A program made the position numbers and the translations under genes. Positions 44,421-52,528 of a stretch of 64,000 bases of DNA are shown here, piece after piece. The notes beneath the pieces were generated by a model. The model searched no databases. It was not told where the DNA came from and saw only the letters and a list, made by a program, of their open reading frames with translations. The stretch's first letter is position 1. Every line of letters begins with the position of its first letter. Source of the DNA: Henriciella sp. (GTDB lineage Bacteria > Pseudomonadota > Alphaproteobacteria > Caulobacterales > Hyphomonadaceae); contig NZ_JAPYPG010000002.1 in NCBI RefSeq assembly GCF_029937755.1, forward strand, positions 99,648-163,647, written 5' to 3'.

Positions 44421-44440
44421 CATAGCGCGGTCGCACGCAA

Positions 44441-44517
44441 TGGCGACCCCTACAGGACTTGAACCTGTAACCGTCGGATTAGAAGTCCGGTGCTCTATCC
44501 AGTTGAGCTAAGGGGCC
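44441..44517 (-). tRNA. tRNA-Arg (TCT)
   Basis: GGCCCCT acceptor, anticodon loop CTTCTAA, T arm ACAGG-TTCAAGT-CCTGT, encoded CCA; 77 nt. Confidence 0.95.
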
Positions 44518-44530
44518 AAATGTGGGCGCT

Positions 44531-44836
44531 TCAGTGCGTCCAGGGTTGCTTGCGGTAGGCGGAGAAGTTCTCAGCATAGGACTTCACCAGCCGCTTCGGC
44601 TCCCTCGGCTCGTCGACCGTAAAGGTCAGCTTTTCGCGTTTGGCATATTCGATGGCCTGTTCGCGCGTTTCGAAATGAAGCCGCACCTGGCCTGTCGTAT
44701 CGTTGATGCTCGTCCAGCCCATCACGGGATCGGCACTGCGCGCTGCATCTGACCGGAATTCCAGAACCCATTCATGCGTCTTGCCGCGGCCCGACTGCAT
44801 GGCGCTCTTGCGGGGCTTGTAGATGTGGGCGTCCAT
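44531..44836 (-). CDS. ETC complex I subunit (NDUFS4/AQDQ-like)
   Basis: IYKPRKSAMQSGRG..WVLEF, DPVMGWTS..D...QVRLHFETREQAIEYA, YAENF. Confidence 0.9.
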   Translation of the reverse strand: MDAHIYKPRKSAMQSGRGKTHEWVLEFRSDAARSADPVMGWTSINDTTGQVRLHFETREQAIEYAKREKLTFTVDEPREPKRLVKSYAENFSAYRKQPWTH

Positions 44837-44866
44837 ACCGAACCTCTGAGCCAGCCATTTTCCCGA

Positions 44867-44943
<77 letters not shown>

Positions 44944-44988
44944 ACATCGGACGCCCCTTCTATGAAGACAGAGCCACGCGGGCAAGCC

Positions 44989-45423
44989 CTATTTGGCGGT
45001 CCGTCGCAGCACGCGGAATGTCGCATCTGCTCGTGCAGCTGCCGTTGCGCCATCAACAAGCAGGTCGGCGACAACGTGAACCACCCCATCGTCGACAGAA
45101 ATCACTTCCGGATGAGCCTCGAGCCAGTCGCCCGGCCGAATCGTCCCGAAGAAACTCGTTGTCAGTTTCAGTGTGACGGACATCTTTCTCGTGGCATGCC
45201 AGACCGCCCAGGCAAGTGCGCCATCGGCAAACGAACTGACCATGCCACCATGCATGAAGCCCATGGAGTTGCAGTGCCGCTCCAGCACCCAGATGCCACT
45301 GCGCAGATCGCCTTCGGCCGTCGCGCGGCATACAGGTCCGTTACGCGTTGTATACGGACCCCGAGAGCGGGAAATCTCAAATCCCGGAGGCGGCGAGCGC
45401 TCTTCCTCGCCCTTATCCGTCAT
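44989..45423 (-). CDS. PaaI family (hotdog-fold) thioesterase
   Basis: Start MTDKGEE; HCNSMGFMHGGMVSSFADGAL, VTLKLTTSF...PGDWLEA. Confidence 0.85.
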   Translation of the reverse strand: MTDKGEEERSPPPGFEISRSRGPYTTRNGPVCRATAEGDLRSGIWVLERHCNSMGFMHGGMVSSFADGALAWAVWHATRKMSVTLKLTTSFFGTIRPGDWLEAHPEVISVDDGVVHVVADLLVDGATAAARADATFRVLRRTAK

Positions 45424-45874
45424 CTGACCCGAAAATGGAGTGGTCGACCGTGTCACCCGGCTTGATACCGAGCTCGGCTGCCCGCCCGCCATTGATTTCC
45501 AGTACGCCCTTGACCGGCATTCCGGGAGAAATGGTGCGGAGAGATCCCGGCTGGGCATTGCGCGCGATCATCTGGATCGTGCCGTCGCTGGTGATGAACA
45601 GCATATCGAGCGGGATGAGCGTATTCTTCATCCACATGGCCGGTTCGCGCGGCTGGGCGAAATCGAACAGCATCCCGGCATTCTCCGGCATCGATTCGCG
45701 ATTCATGAGCCCGTAGGAAATTTCCTCACGGTCATCGGCGATCTCGATGTCGAACGTTTGAGGTCCGGCCTCAGTCTCGATGGTGAGCGTTCCGGTCTCG
45801 AGGTCCTGCGCGGTTGCGATAGGGCTCAGCGCGAGCAGGAGGCCGACGCCGATGGATGTGATGATCTGCTTCAT
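45413..45874 (-). CDS. DUF192 domain exported protein
   Basis: Signal peptide; EIADD...GLMNRESM...GMLFDF, MWMKNTLIPLDMLFI, VLEINGG. Confidence 0.9.
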   Translation of the reverse strand: MKQIITSIGVGLLLALSPIATAQDLETGTLTIETEAGPQTFDIEIADDREEISYGLMNRESMPENAGMLFDFAQPREPAMWMKNTLIPLDMLFITSDGTIQMIARNAQPGSLRTISPGMPVKGVLEINGGRAAELGIKPGDTVDHSIFGSDDG

Positions 45875-45910
45875 GCAGCTTCGTGTAGCGCCAACGGCAA
45901 AGTCCGGCAA

Positions 45911-46444
45911 CTAGTCCTGCTGATCGGACTTCAGCACAGCCGTTTCGACATGTTCGCCTTTCGGGCCATCCGCCACAGTGGCGACCAGCAGGGCACCGGA
46001 TTCGACACTGCTTATGCCTCCGCGGCGCAACACTGAAATATGGACAAAAATGTCAACTTCGCTGTTGGGACGGTTCACAAAGCCAAAACCCTTGGTTGGG
46101 TTGAACCATTTCACGATGACCGTTTCCGGCTCAGGTGTGTCGCCCTGCTCTCGCGCGACGATGGCTTTCGGGCGATCCATCTCGAGAATGTTCTCGACCT
46201 GCCAGCCCCGGTCGCTTCTTACCGCATCACAGATGATACGTGCGCCTTCGTCGGCATAGCTCTCGCCATACTTACGCAAGCAGGAGATGTGCAGCATCAC
46301 ATCCGCGTCGATCTCTTCCTCGACGGCAGATTCCGGGATGACGAAGCCATAACCCTTGGCGACGTCAAACCATTTGATATGCCCGATCACCCTCACCACA
46401 GGCGAAGGTTCAGGCGGTTCTTTTCTAGAAGTCAATGCACTCAT
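45911..46444 (-). CDS. Cold-shock protein with two CSD domains
   Basis: [15 protein letters not shown]...VMLHIS and [13 protein letters not shown]...IFVHIS. Confidence 0.92.
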   Translation of the reverse strand: MSALTSRKEPPEPSPVVRVIGHIKWFDVAKGYGFVIPESAVEEEIDADVMLHISCLRKYGESYADEGARIICDAVRSDRGWQVENILEMDRPKAIVAREQGDTPEPETVIVKWFNPTKGFGFVNRPNSEVDIFVHISVLRRGGISSVESGALLVATVADGPKGEHVETAVLKSDQQD

Positions 46445-46481
46445 CTACCATCAGTCCCGTAGAAATGATGATATGAACGAT

Positions 46482-46523
46482 AATGGTGAAAGTCATCCCT
46501 CCGATGAGGGATGATTCACCATT
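46482..46523. other. Long AT-rich stem-loop between tRNA-Glu and the cold-shock gene
   Basis: AATGGTGAA pairs with TTCACCATT and TCATCCCTC with GAGGGATGA: 18 bp, a 2-nt bulge and a 4-nt loop. Confidence 0.7.
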
Positions 46524-46545
46524 TGGGTGAAATCTGTGATGAAAG

Positions 46546-46620
46546 TGGCACTCCCTAGGGGAATCGAACCCCTCTTTCCAGGTTGAAAACCTGGCGTCCT
46601 AACCGATAGACGAAGGGAGC
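46546..46620 (-). tRNA. tRNA-Glu (TTC)
   Basis: GCTCCCT acceptor, anticodon arm CCAGG-TTTTCAA-CCTGG, T arm AGGGG-TTCGATT-CCCCT, encoded CCA; 75 nt. Confidence 0.96.
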
Positions 46621-46638
46621 AACCGGTTGGAGGCCGAG

Positions 46639-46667
46639 CGTATAGCGGGGCTTTTTCCACGGTTCAA
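46639..46667 (-). promoter_or_regulatory. Putative sigma70 promoter of tRNA-Glu
   Basis: Minus strand TTGAAC-N17-TATACG, 18 nt upstream of the tRNA. Confidence 0.6.
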
Positions 46668-46697
46668 GTCGAGTTTCAGCATCCTGTCGAGTTTTTG

Positions 46698-48485
46698 TCA
46701 GTTCGATGTCGCTGACGCTGCATCCGCCACTTCAAACTGGACACGGCGCCGGCCGTTCCACTCATTCTGCTTTAGCCGTCCGGCAAGGTGGACCGGCTGC
46801 CCGGACATGATCGCCTGGCCCGCTTCCGTATCGGCGGCGCGCCAGTAGATACACTCCAGGCGGGCCGAGCCATCATCGGCGATGAAGCGAACATGGTTGT
46901 GTCCGACAATACGCGGCGAAAGCGGTCGTACATCGCGCATGGCGAAGACAGGCTGTGGCGCTCCCTGACCGAACGGGCCAAGGGCATCGATCTGGTCACA
47001 GAGCTCGATGGATGCTGCGCCCGGCGAGAGGACGCCATCCACTTCCAGCCTCAGGGCTTCGGCACGCTCCTCGGCGAAAGCATCCATATGAGAGACCATC
47101 CAGTCGGTCAGCGCGCCAATCTTGTCGGGCTCAACGCTGAGGCCACCAGCCATGGCGTGGCCACCGCCAGTCAGCAGCATACCTTCGCGAGCCGCCTGAC
47201 TGATCGCATTTCCGATATTCACGCCTTTTACCGAACGGGCCGACCCCTTGGCGACGGGCCCAAGCCCCTCGCCCCAGCCAATAACGATACTCGGCAGGTG
47301 GAAGCGGTCCTTGAGCCGTCCAGCGACGATCCCGATAATGCCCGGATGCCACCCCTCGCCCGAGGCGATCAGCACGCCGACATCAGGATTGGCTTCGAGG
47401 AGGCGCTCAGCCTGCGCAGTCGCCTGTTCGAGGATCATGGCCTCGACGGCCTTCCGCTCCGCGTTCAGCCCATCGAGCCGCTCGGCCAGCTCGATAGCCT
47501 CCTGGCGGTGGTCCGTGGCAAGCAGTTTCGCAGCCAGCCACGGATCCCCCACGCGGCCGCCTGCATTGAGCCGCGGCCCCAGCATGAAAGTCGCATGATA
47601 GACACTCTCGATCGTCCCGATCCCGGCGATATCAGCCAACGCACGAAGGCCCGCATTCTGACCGCGCGCCATGATCTTTAGCCCCTGCCTGACAAAGGCC
47701 CTGTTGGCATTCTCGAGCGGAGACATGTCACACAATGTGCCAAGCGCACAGAGATCCAGCCATTGCAGGATATCAGGCAGTCCGGCATCTGGTGCGACCC
47801 CGCGGTCACGCGCGATCTTGTTCATTGCTGCCAGCAAAACGAAAACCACACCCGCAGCGGCAAGATGGCCATAGCCAGATGTATCGTCCGAGCGGTTTGG
47901 GTTGACCAGCGCCGCCGTCTCGGGGAGCTCCTTGCCCATCAGATGGTGGTCGATAACGATAACGGGAAGCCCGATCCGGCGCGCTTCATCCAGCGCCTCG
48001 GTTGCGGCTGCCCCGCAATCCACCGTCACGACAAGATCTGCGCCCTGCTCTTTCAGATGCCGGAACGCAGCTGGTGACGGGCCATACCCCTCTAGCAGCC
48101 TGTCAGGCACATACAGGCCGATCTCCTGGCCCCATTGCCGGAAGTAGCGCGTGAGCAAGGCCGAAGACGTCCCGCCATCGACGTCATAATCGGCAAAAAC
48201 GACCACGTTCTGCTTCTCGTGGATGGCATCAAGCAGCAGCCCTGCTGCCTTGTCCATGTCCTTGAACGTCGATGGATCGGGAAAGGTGTCCTTGAGACGT
48301 GGCTCAAGGTATCCAGCCGAAGCCTCACAAGGAACGCCACGCAGAAGCAGGAGCCGGCAGATAAGGTCCGGCAGACCTGTCTTCAGCGCATACTGCCTGA
48401 GGTCATCATCGCCTGCAGCTGACAGAGACCAGAAGCGCCCTGTCAGCGACCGGTCGACATCGAACAGTCGCGGCGCTTCAGCCAT
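46698..48485 (-). CDS. recJ: Single-stranded-DNA exonuclease RecJ
   Basis: ADYDVDG, TVDCG, IDHH, GPRLNAGGR, DHHA1 GGGHAMAGG. Confidence 0.97.
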   Translation of the reverse strand: MAEAPRLFDVDRSLTGRFWSLSAAGDDDLRQYALKTGLPDLICRLLLLRGVPCEASAGYLEPRLKDTFPDPSTFKDMDKAAGLLLDAIHEKQNVVVFADYDVDGGTSSALLTRYFRQWGQEIGLYVPDRLLEGYGPSPAAFRHLKEQGADLVVTVDCGAAATEALDEARRIGLPVIVIDHHLMGKELPETAALVNPNRSDDTSGYGHLAAAGVVFVLLAAMNKIARDRGVAPDAGLPDILQWLDLCALGTLCDMSPLENANRAFVRQGLKIMARGQNAGLRALADIAGIGTIESVYHATFMLGPRLNAGGRVGDPWLAAKLLATDHRQEAIELAERLDGLNAERKAVEAMILEQATAQAERLLEANPDVGVLIASGEGWHPGIIGIVAGRLKDRFHLPSIVIGWGEGLGPVAKGSARSVKGVNIGNAISQAAREGMLLTGGGHAMAGGLSVEPDKIGALTDWMVSHMDAFAEERAEALRLEVDGVLSPGAASIELCDQIDALGPFGQGAPQPVFAMRDVRPLSPRIVGHNHVRFIADDGSARLECIYWRAADTEAGQAIMSGQPVHLAGRLKQNEWNGRRRVQFEVADAASATSN

Positions 48486-48487
48486 GA

Positions 48488-49444
48488 CTACTCCGTACGG
48501 TAGCGGGACGTGATCTTGCGCACCATGCCATCCGCCGAGCTCATGACCAGCGTGTCCGTGATCGTCACGCCTGGCCGTGTCACGACACCATCGACGAGAC
48601 CACCCTTGGTCACCCCGGTCGCACAGAACACGGTTTCACTGCTGGCAAGCTCATCAAGATTGTATTTTCGGTCGAATTCCTCGACGCCGACCCGGCGCGC
48701 TCGGCCCTTCTCGTCATCGTTGCGGAAGACAAGCCGGCCCTGCATCTGGCCACCGACACATTTCAGCGCCGCAGCCGCCAGCACACCTTCAGGCGCCCCG
48801 CCTTGGCCAACATAGAGATCGATACCTGTATCCGCATTGGTCGTGTTGATCACACCAGCGACATCCCCATCGGAAATGAGGCTGATACGCGCACCGGCGC
48901 TTCGCAGACTCTCAATGATGTCGGCGTGGCGCGGGCGATCCAGAACGCAAGCCGTCATGGCTTCGACCGGGCGACCAAGAAAGTCGGCCATCGCCTTGAT
49001 GTTATCAGCAGGCGATTGGTCGAGATCGACGATACCGTCCGGGTAGCCCGGACCGATGGCAATCTTGTCCATATATGTGTCTGGCGCATGCAGCAGGCCG
49101 CCGCGCGGCGCAATCGCCAACACCGCCAGAGCGTTGGCCATGGCCTTTGCCGTCAGCGTGGTACCCTCAAGAGGATCCAGCGCAATATCGATCTCCGGGC
49201 CACTGCCTGTACCGACTTCTTCGCCGATATAGAGCATGGGCGCCTCATCGCGCTCGCCTTCACCAATGACAATACGTCCCTTGAAGTCGACATTATTGAA
49301 CGCCGTGCGCATGGCATCGACCGCTGCCTGATCGGCGGCTTTCTCATCGCCCCTACCGGCAAGTTTGGCCGCGGCAATCGCAGCAATTTCCGTAACACGT
49401 ACCATCGCATCGGAAAGATGCGGCACCAGAACACTCTCTGTCAT
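48488..49444 (-). CDS. glpX: Fructose-1,6-bisphosphatase class II
   Basis: IVIGEGERDEAPMLYIGE, DPLEGT, DGDV, GGAPEGV. Confidence 0.97.
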   Translation of the reverse strand: MTESVLVPHLSDAMVRVTEIAAIAAAKLAGRGDEKAADQAAVDAMRTAFNNVDFKGRIVIGEGERDEAPMLYIGEEVGTGSGPEIDIALDPLEGTTLTAKAMANALAVLAIAPRGGLLHAPDTYMDKIAIGPGYPDGIVDLDQSPADNIKAMADFLGRPVEAMTACVLDRPRHADIIESLRSAGARISLISDGDVAGVINTTNADTGIDLYVGQGGAPEGVLAAAALKCVGGQMQGRLVFRNDDEKGRARRVGVEEFDRKYNLDELASSETVFCATGVTKGGLVDGVVTRPGVTITDTLVMSSADGMVRKITSRYRTE

Positions 49445-49456
49445 TTCATTCCCTGA

Positions 49457-49478
49457 CCTGCCGGAGATATCCGGCGGG
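49457..49478. other. Intercistronic hairpin between hom and glpX
   Basis: CCTGCCGGA-GATA-TCCGGCGGG; no U tract on the coding strand. Confidence 0.45.
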
Positions 49479-49484
49479 CTTCCC

Positions 49485-50771
49485 TTATTCTGTTGATGCC
49501 TCGATCGCCATGATCTGAGGCGAGCCTACGTTTGAATCGAGTGCGCGTACACGCTCGCTCGCATCCTTTATCTCCCGGCGAGAACAGACGTGTGAAACGA
49601 TCGCGATAGGCGCCGCGCCTTTCTCATCTGCCGAATCCTGGAGCAGCTTGTCGACCGAGACACCGCTTTCCGCAAGCGCTTCCGTCAATTCAGCCAGCGC
49701 GCCAGCACGGTCTGCCAGCCGAACGCGCAGGAAGAAGGCAGAGCGCTCATCGGATTCGGCAAACACGAATTTTCGGACATCATGGTGTTCGGCACGGCCA
49801 AAGGCCGGACGCGCAATCGGATTGAAGAGTTTTGCAACATCGCCCATGACAGCGCTCGCCGTCGGGCCTGGTCCTGCTCCCGGTCCAGTCAGCGTCACCG
49901 CGCCAAGCGGCTCACCTTCAACACGCACTGTATTCAGGCTGCCATTGACGCGCGCGAGGGGGTGCCCGGTCGGCATGGCGAGCGGTTCGACACGGCAGAC
50001 AACACCGGCATCCGTGATCTTGCCTTCAGCGATCAGCTTGATGCGCAGGCCGAGACGGTCGGCAAGGTCGAGATCCAGCAATTCCAGCTCGTCAACGCCG
50101 CGGACTGAGACTTTGGAAAAGTCGAGATCAGCGGAGAATGCGATCGCAGCGAGGATAGCCGCCTTGTGCGCTGCATCCATGCCCGAAACGTCGAGCGTGG
50201 GATCGGCCTCTGCATAGCCAAGTCGCTGTGCTTCAGCCAGAACCGTGTCATAGGGCCGCCGCGTGGACAGCATCTCGCTCAGCAGGAAGTTGCACGTCCC
50301 GTTGAGGATGCCCGTGACGCGCTTTACATCGACACCGGCCAGCGAATCGCGAAGCACCCGAACAACCGGTACACCGCCGGCAACCGCCGCCTCGAAGAGC
50401 AGGTCCACGCCATTCTCACGCGCAAGTTCAGCCAGCTCCTGACCATGCATGGCGATCAGTGCCTTGTTGGCTGTAATGACGGCCTTGCCCGATTTGAGCG
50501 CTGTCTCGACAGCCACCTTGGCCGGGCCGTCCGAGCCACCAATCAGCTCGACGAAGACATTGATGCTGTCATCGGCGGCCAGCTTCGATGCGTCATCGAA
50601 CCAGGTGTAGCCGTCGGTCGAGACCGGGCGATTGCGATTGCGGTTTCGCGCGGTCACACCGGCGACCTCTACCTTGCCAGGCAGGCGGAGCGATTCCTGT
50701 TTCTGAACGAGTTCGATCAGGCCGCACCCGACATGACCGAGCCCCGCGACCCCCAATTTCAGTGTCTTCAA
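49485..50771 (-). CDS. hom: Homoserine dehydrogenase with C-terminal ACT domain
   Basis: GLGHVG, TANKA, EAAVAGGVP, GILNGTCN, GYAEADP, GPGAG. Confidence 0.97.
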   Translation of the reverse strand: MKTLKLGVAGLGHVGCGLIELVQKQESLRLPGKVEVAGVTARNRNRNRPVSTDGYTWFDDASKLAADDSINVFVELIGGSDGPAKVAVETALKSGKAVITANKALIAMHGQELAELARENGVDLLFEAAVAGGVPVVRVLRDSLAGVDVKRVTGILNGTCNFLLSEMLSTRRPYDTVLAEAQRLGYAEADPTLDVSGMDAAHKAAILAAIAFSADLDFSKVSVRGVDELELLDLDLADRLGLRIKLIAEGKITDAGVVCRVEPLAMPTGHPLARVNGSLNTVRVEGEPLGAVTLTGPGAGPGPTASAVMGDVAKLFNPIARPAFGRAEHHDVRKFVFAESDERSAFFLRVRLADRAGALAELTEALAESGVSVDKLLQDSADEKGAAPIAIVSHVCSRREIKDASERVRALDSNVGSPQIMAIEASTE

Positions 50772-51997
50772 ACCCCTTGACCTCCAGCACGCAACTCATG
50801 AACGGCGCCTCTGCTATCAGTTTCCTGCGTCTGAAGGAACCGCTTGATGTTACGGGCTGCCTGCCGGATGCGCTGTTCGTTTTCCACAAGGGCAATGCGG
50901 ACATATCCGTCGCCGCGTTCCCCAAAGCCTGCTCCGGGCGCGACGGCAACGCTGGCCTCATTGATGAGCTTCAGGGCAAAATCAACGCTGCCCATATGCT
51001 TACAGGCGTCTGGTAAGGGCGCCCAGCAGAACATCGAGGCTGATGGCACGGGCATATCCCAGCCAGCACGCGAAAAGCTTTCGATCAGCGTGTCGCGGCG
51101 CGAACGGTAGATCTGCCGCGTCTCCTCAACACAGTCTTGTGGCCCATCCAGAGCCGCGCAGGCAGCAACCTGAATCGGCGTGAAAGCGCCATAGTCGAGA
51201 TAGGATTTCACCCGGCCCAGCGCGGCAATCAGCCGCTCATTACCGGCCGCGAAACCGATCCGCCAGCCAGCCATCGAGTAAGTCTTCGACATGGTCGTTG
51301 TCTCGACAGCGATATCGCGCGCACCATTGACCTGCAGGATCGAGGGGGGCGGGTCATCGAAGTAAATCTCGTTATAAGCCAGATCCGACAGAATCCAGAT
51401 ATCGTGCTTCTTCGCGATCCGCACCGCTTCCTTGTAGAAATCGAGGTCGGCGACGGCTGCCGTCGGATTCGACGGATAGCAGAGCACCATAGCGGTGGGC
51501 GGTGGCACGCTGTAATGGATCGCGTGGTCGATATTGGCGAGATACTGTTCAGGTGTCTGCGCCGGCACGCCCCGGATCGAGGCACCAGCGATAATGAACC
51601 CGAAAGAGTGCAGCGGATAAGAAGGATCCGGCGCCAGGATGACATCACCCGGCGCAGACATCGCCTGCGCAAGATTTGCAAAGCCCTCCTTGGAGCCAAG
51701 CGTCACGATGACTTCACGGTCCTTGTCGAGTGTGACATCGAACCGGCGCTTGTAATAATTCACCAGCGACCGGCGCAGCCCCGGAATTCCGCGCGACGCG
51801 GAGTAGCCATTGACGTCCGGCTTTCGCGCAGTTTCGCAAAGCTTGTCGACGATATGCTTGGGGGTCGGCAGGTCCGGATTGCCCATGCCGAGATCAATAA
51901 TGTCCGCGCCCTCGGCCCGAAGTGCCGCCTTGCGGCGGTTGACCTGTTCGAACACATAGGGGGGCAGACGTCTGATCTTGTAAAACTCGCCCGGCAT
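50768..51997 (-). CDS. Class I/II PLP-dependent aminotransferase (AlaC / LL-DAP-AT-like)
   Basis: IDLGMGNPD, YPSNPT, SDLAYNEI, TMSKTYSMAGWRIG. Confidence 0.88.
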   Translation of the reverse strand: MPGEFYKIRRLPPYVFEQVNRRKAALRAEGADIIDLGMGNPDLPTPKHIVDKLCETARKPDVNGYSASRGIPGLRRSLVNYYKRRFDVTLDKDREVIVTLGSKEGFANLAQAMSAPGDVILAPDPSYPLHSFGFIIAGASIRGVPAQTPEQYLANIDHAIHYSVPPPTAMVLCYPSNPTAAVADLDFYKEAVRIAKKHDIWILSDLAYNEIYFDDPPPSILQVNGARDIAVETTTMSKTYSMAGWRIGFAAGNERLIAALGRVKSYLDYGAFTPIQVAACAALDGPQDCVEETRQIYRSRRDTLIESFSRAGWDMPVPSASMFCWAPLPDACKHMGSVDFALKLINEASVAVAPGAGFGERGDGYVRIALVENEQRIRQAARNIKRFLQTQETDSRGAVHELRAGGQGV

Positions 51998-52040
51998 GGG
52001 CTTTCTCCTACTCTGATACTCTGGATGTTTCTATCGCAGC

Positions 52041-52445
52041 CTAGCGACGTGCGCGCGGCCGCTCAAACCGTGCGCGCATTAAAGCGATTTCCCGGTCGGT
52101 CAGAAAGTCGGCTGGCGGAATATTTGCCTGCACACGCTCGCGAAGCTCTCTGCCCCATGCGGAAATCTCTGTTGCGGTAAGGTTGGCCGGCTCGGACCGC
52201 GGATCGGCAAAGAAGGCTTTGCGGATCTCCTCGCGTTCCGTACCTGTCTTGAACAGAGTGGATTGTCTGGACTTGTAGGTCGTGTTTTCCGGAACCTCAC
52301 CAAGACTTGGATAGCCTCTACCCTGGAACTCGACCTTGCGCGCTTCATACCACTCCGGCGCAGCATCCCTGAGATCCGAAATGTTGCTCATGGATCCAGC
52401 ACATCCCGTCCCGAGTACGCAAAGCAGCATCGCAGTAAGACGCAT
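52041..52445 (-). CDS. Hypothetical lipoprotein
   Basis: 134 aa; short hydrophobic signal with lipobox-like LGTGC; first gene of the aminotransferase-hom-glpX-recJ run. Confidence 0.7.
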   Translation of the reverse strand: MRLTAMLLCVLGTGCAGSMSNISDLRDAAPEWYEARKVEFQGRGYPSLGEVPENTTYKSRQSTLFKTGTEREEIRKAFFADPRSEPANLTATEISAWGRELRERVQANIPPADFLTDREIALMRARFERPRARR

Positions 52446-52477
52446 AAGTCGATTTTTCCTGTCTTAGTGATGATTCC

Positions 52478-52489
52478 TGAAACGTTTCA
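52478..52489. promoter_or_regulatory. Perfect 12-bp palindrome in the divergent promoter region before phaC
   Basis: TGAAACGTTTCA equals its own reverse complement. Confidence 0.55.
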
Positions 52490-52528
52490 TCCGTATATGT
52501 GTTCGTGTAGAATGGCGAGATTAAGGTA

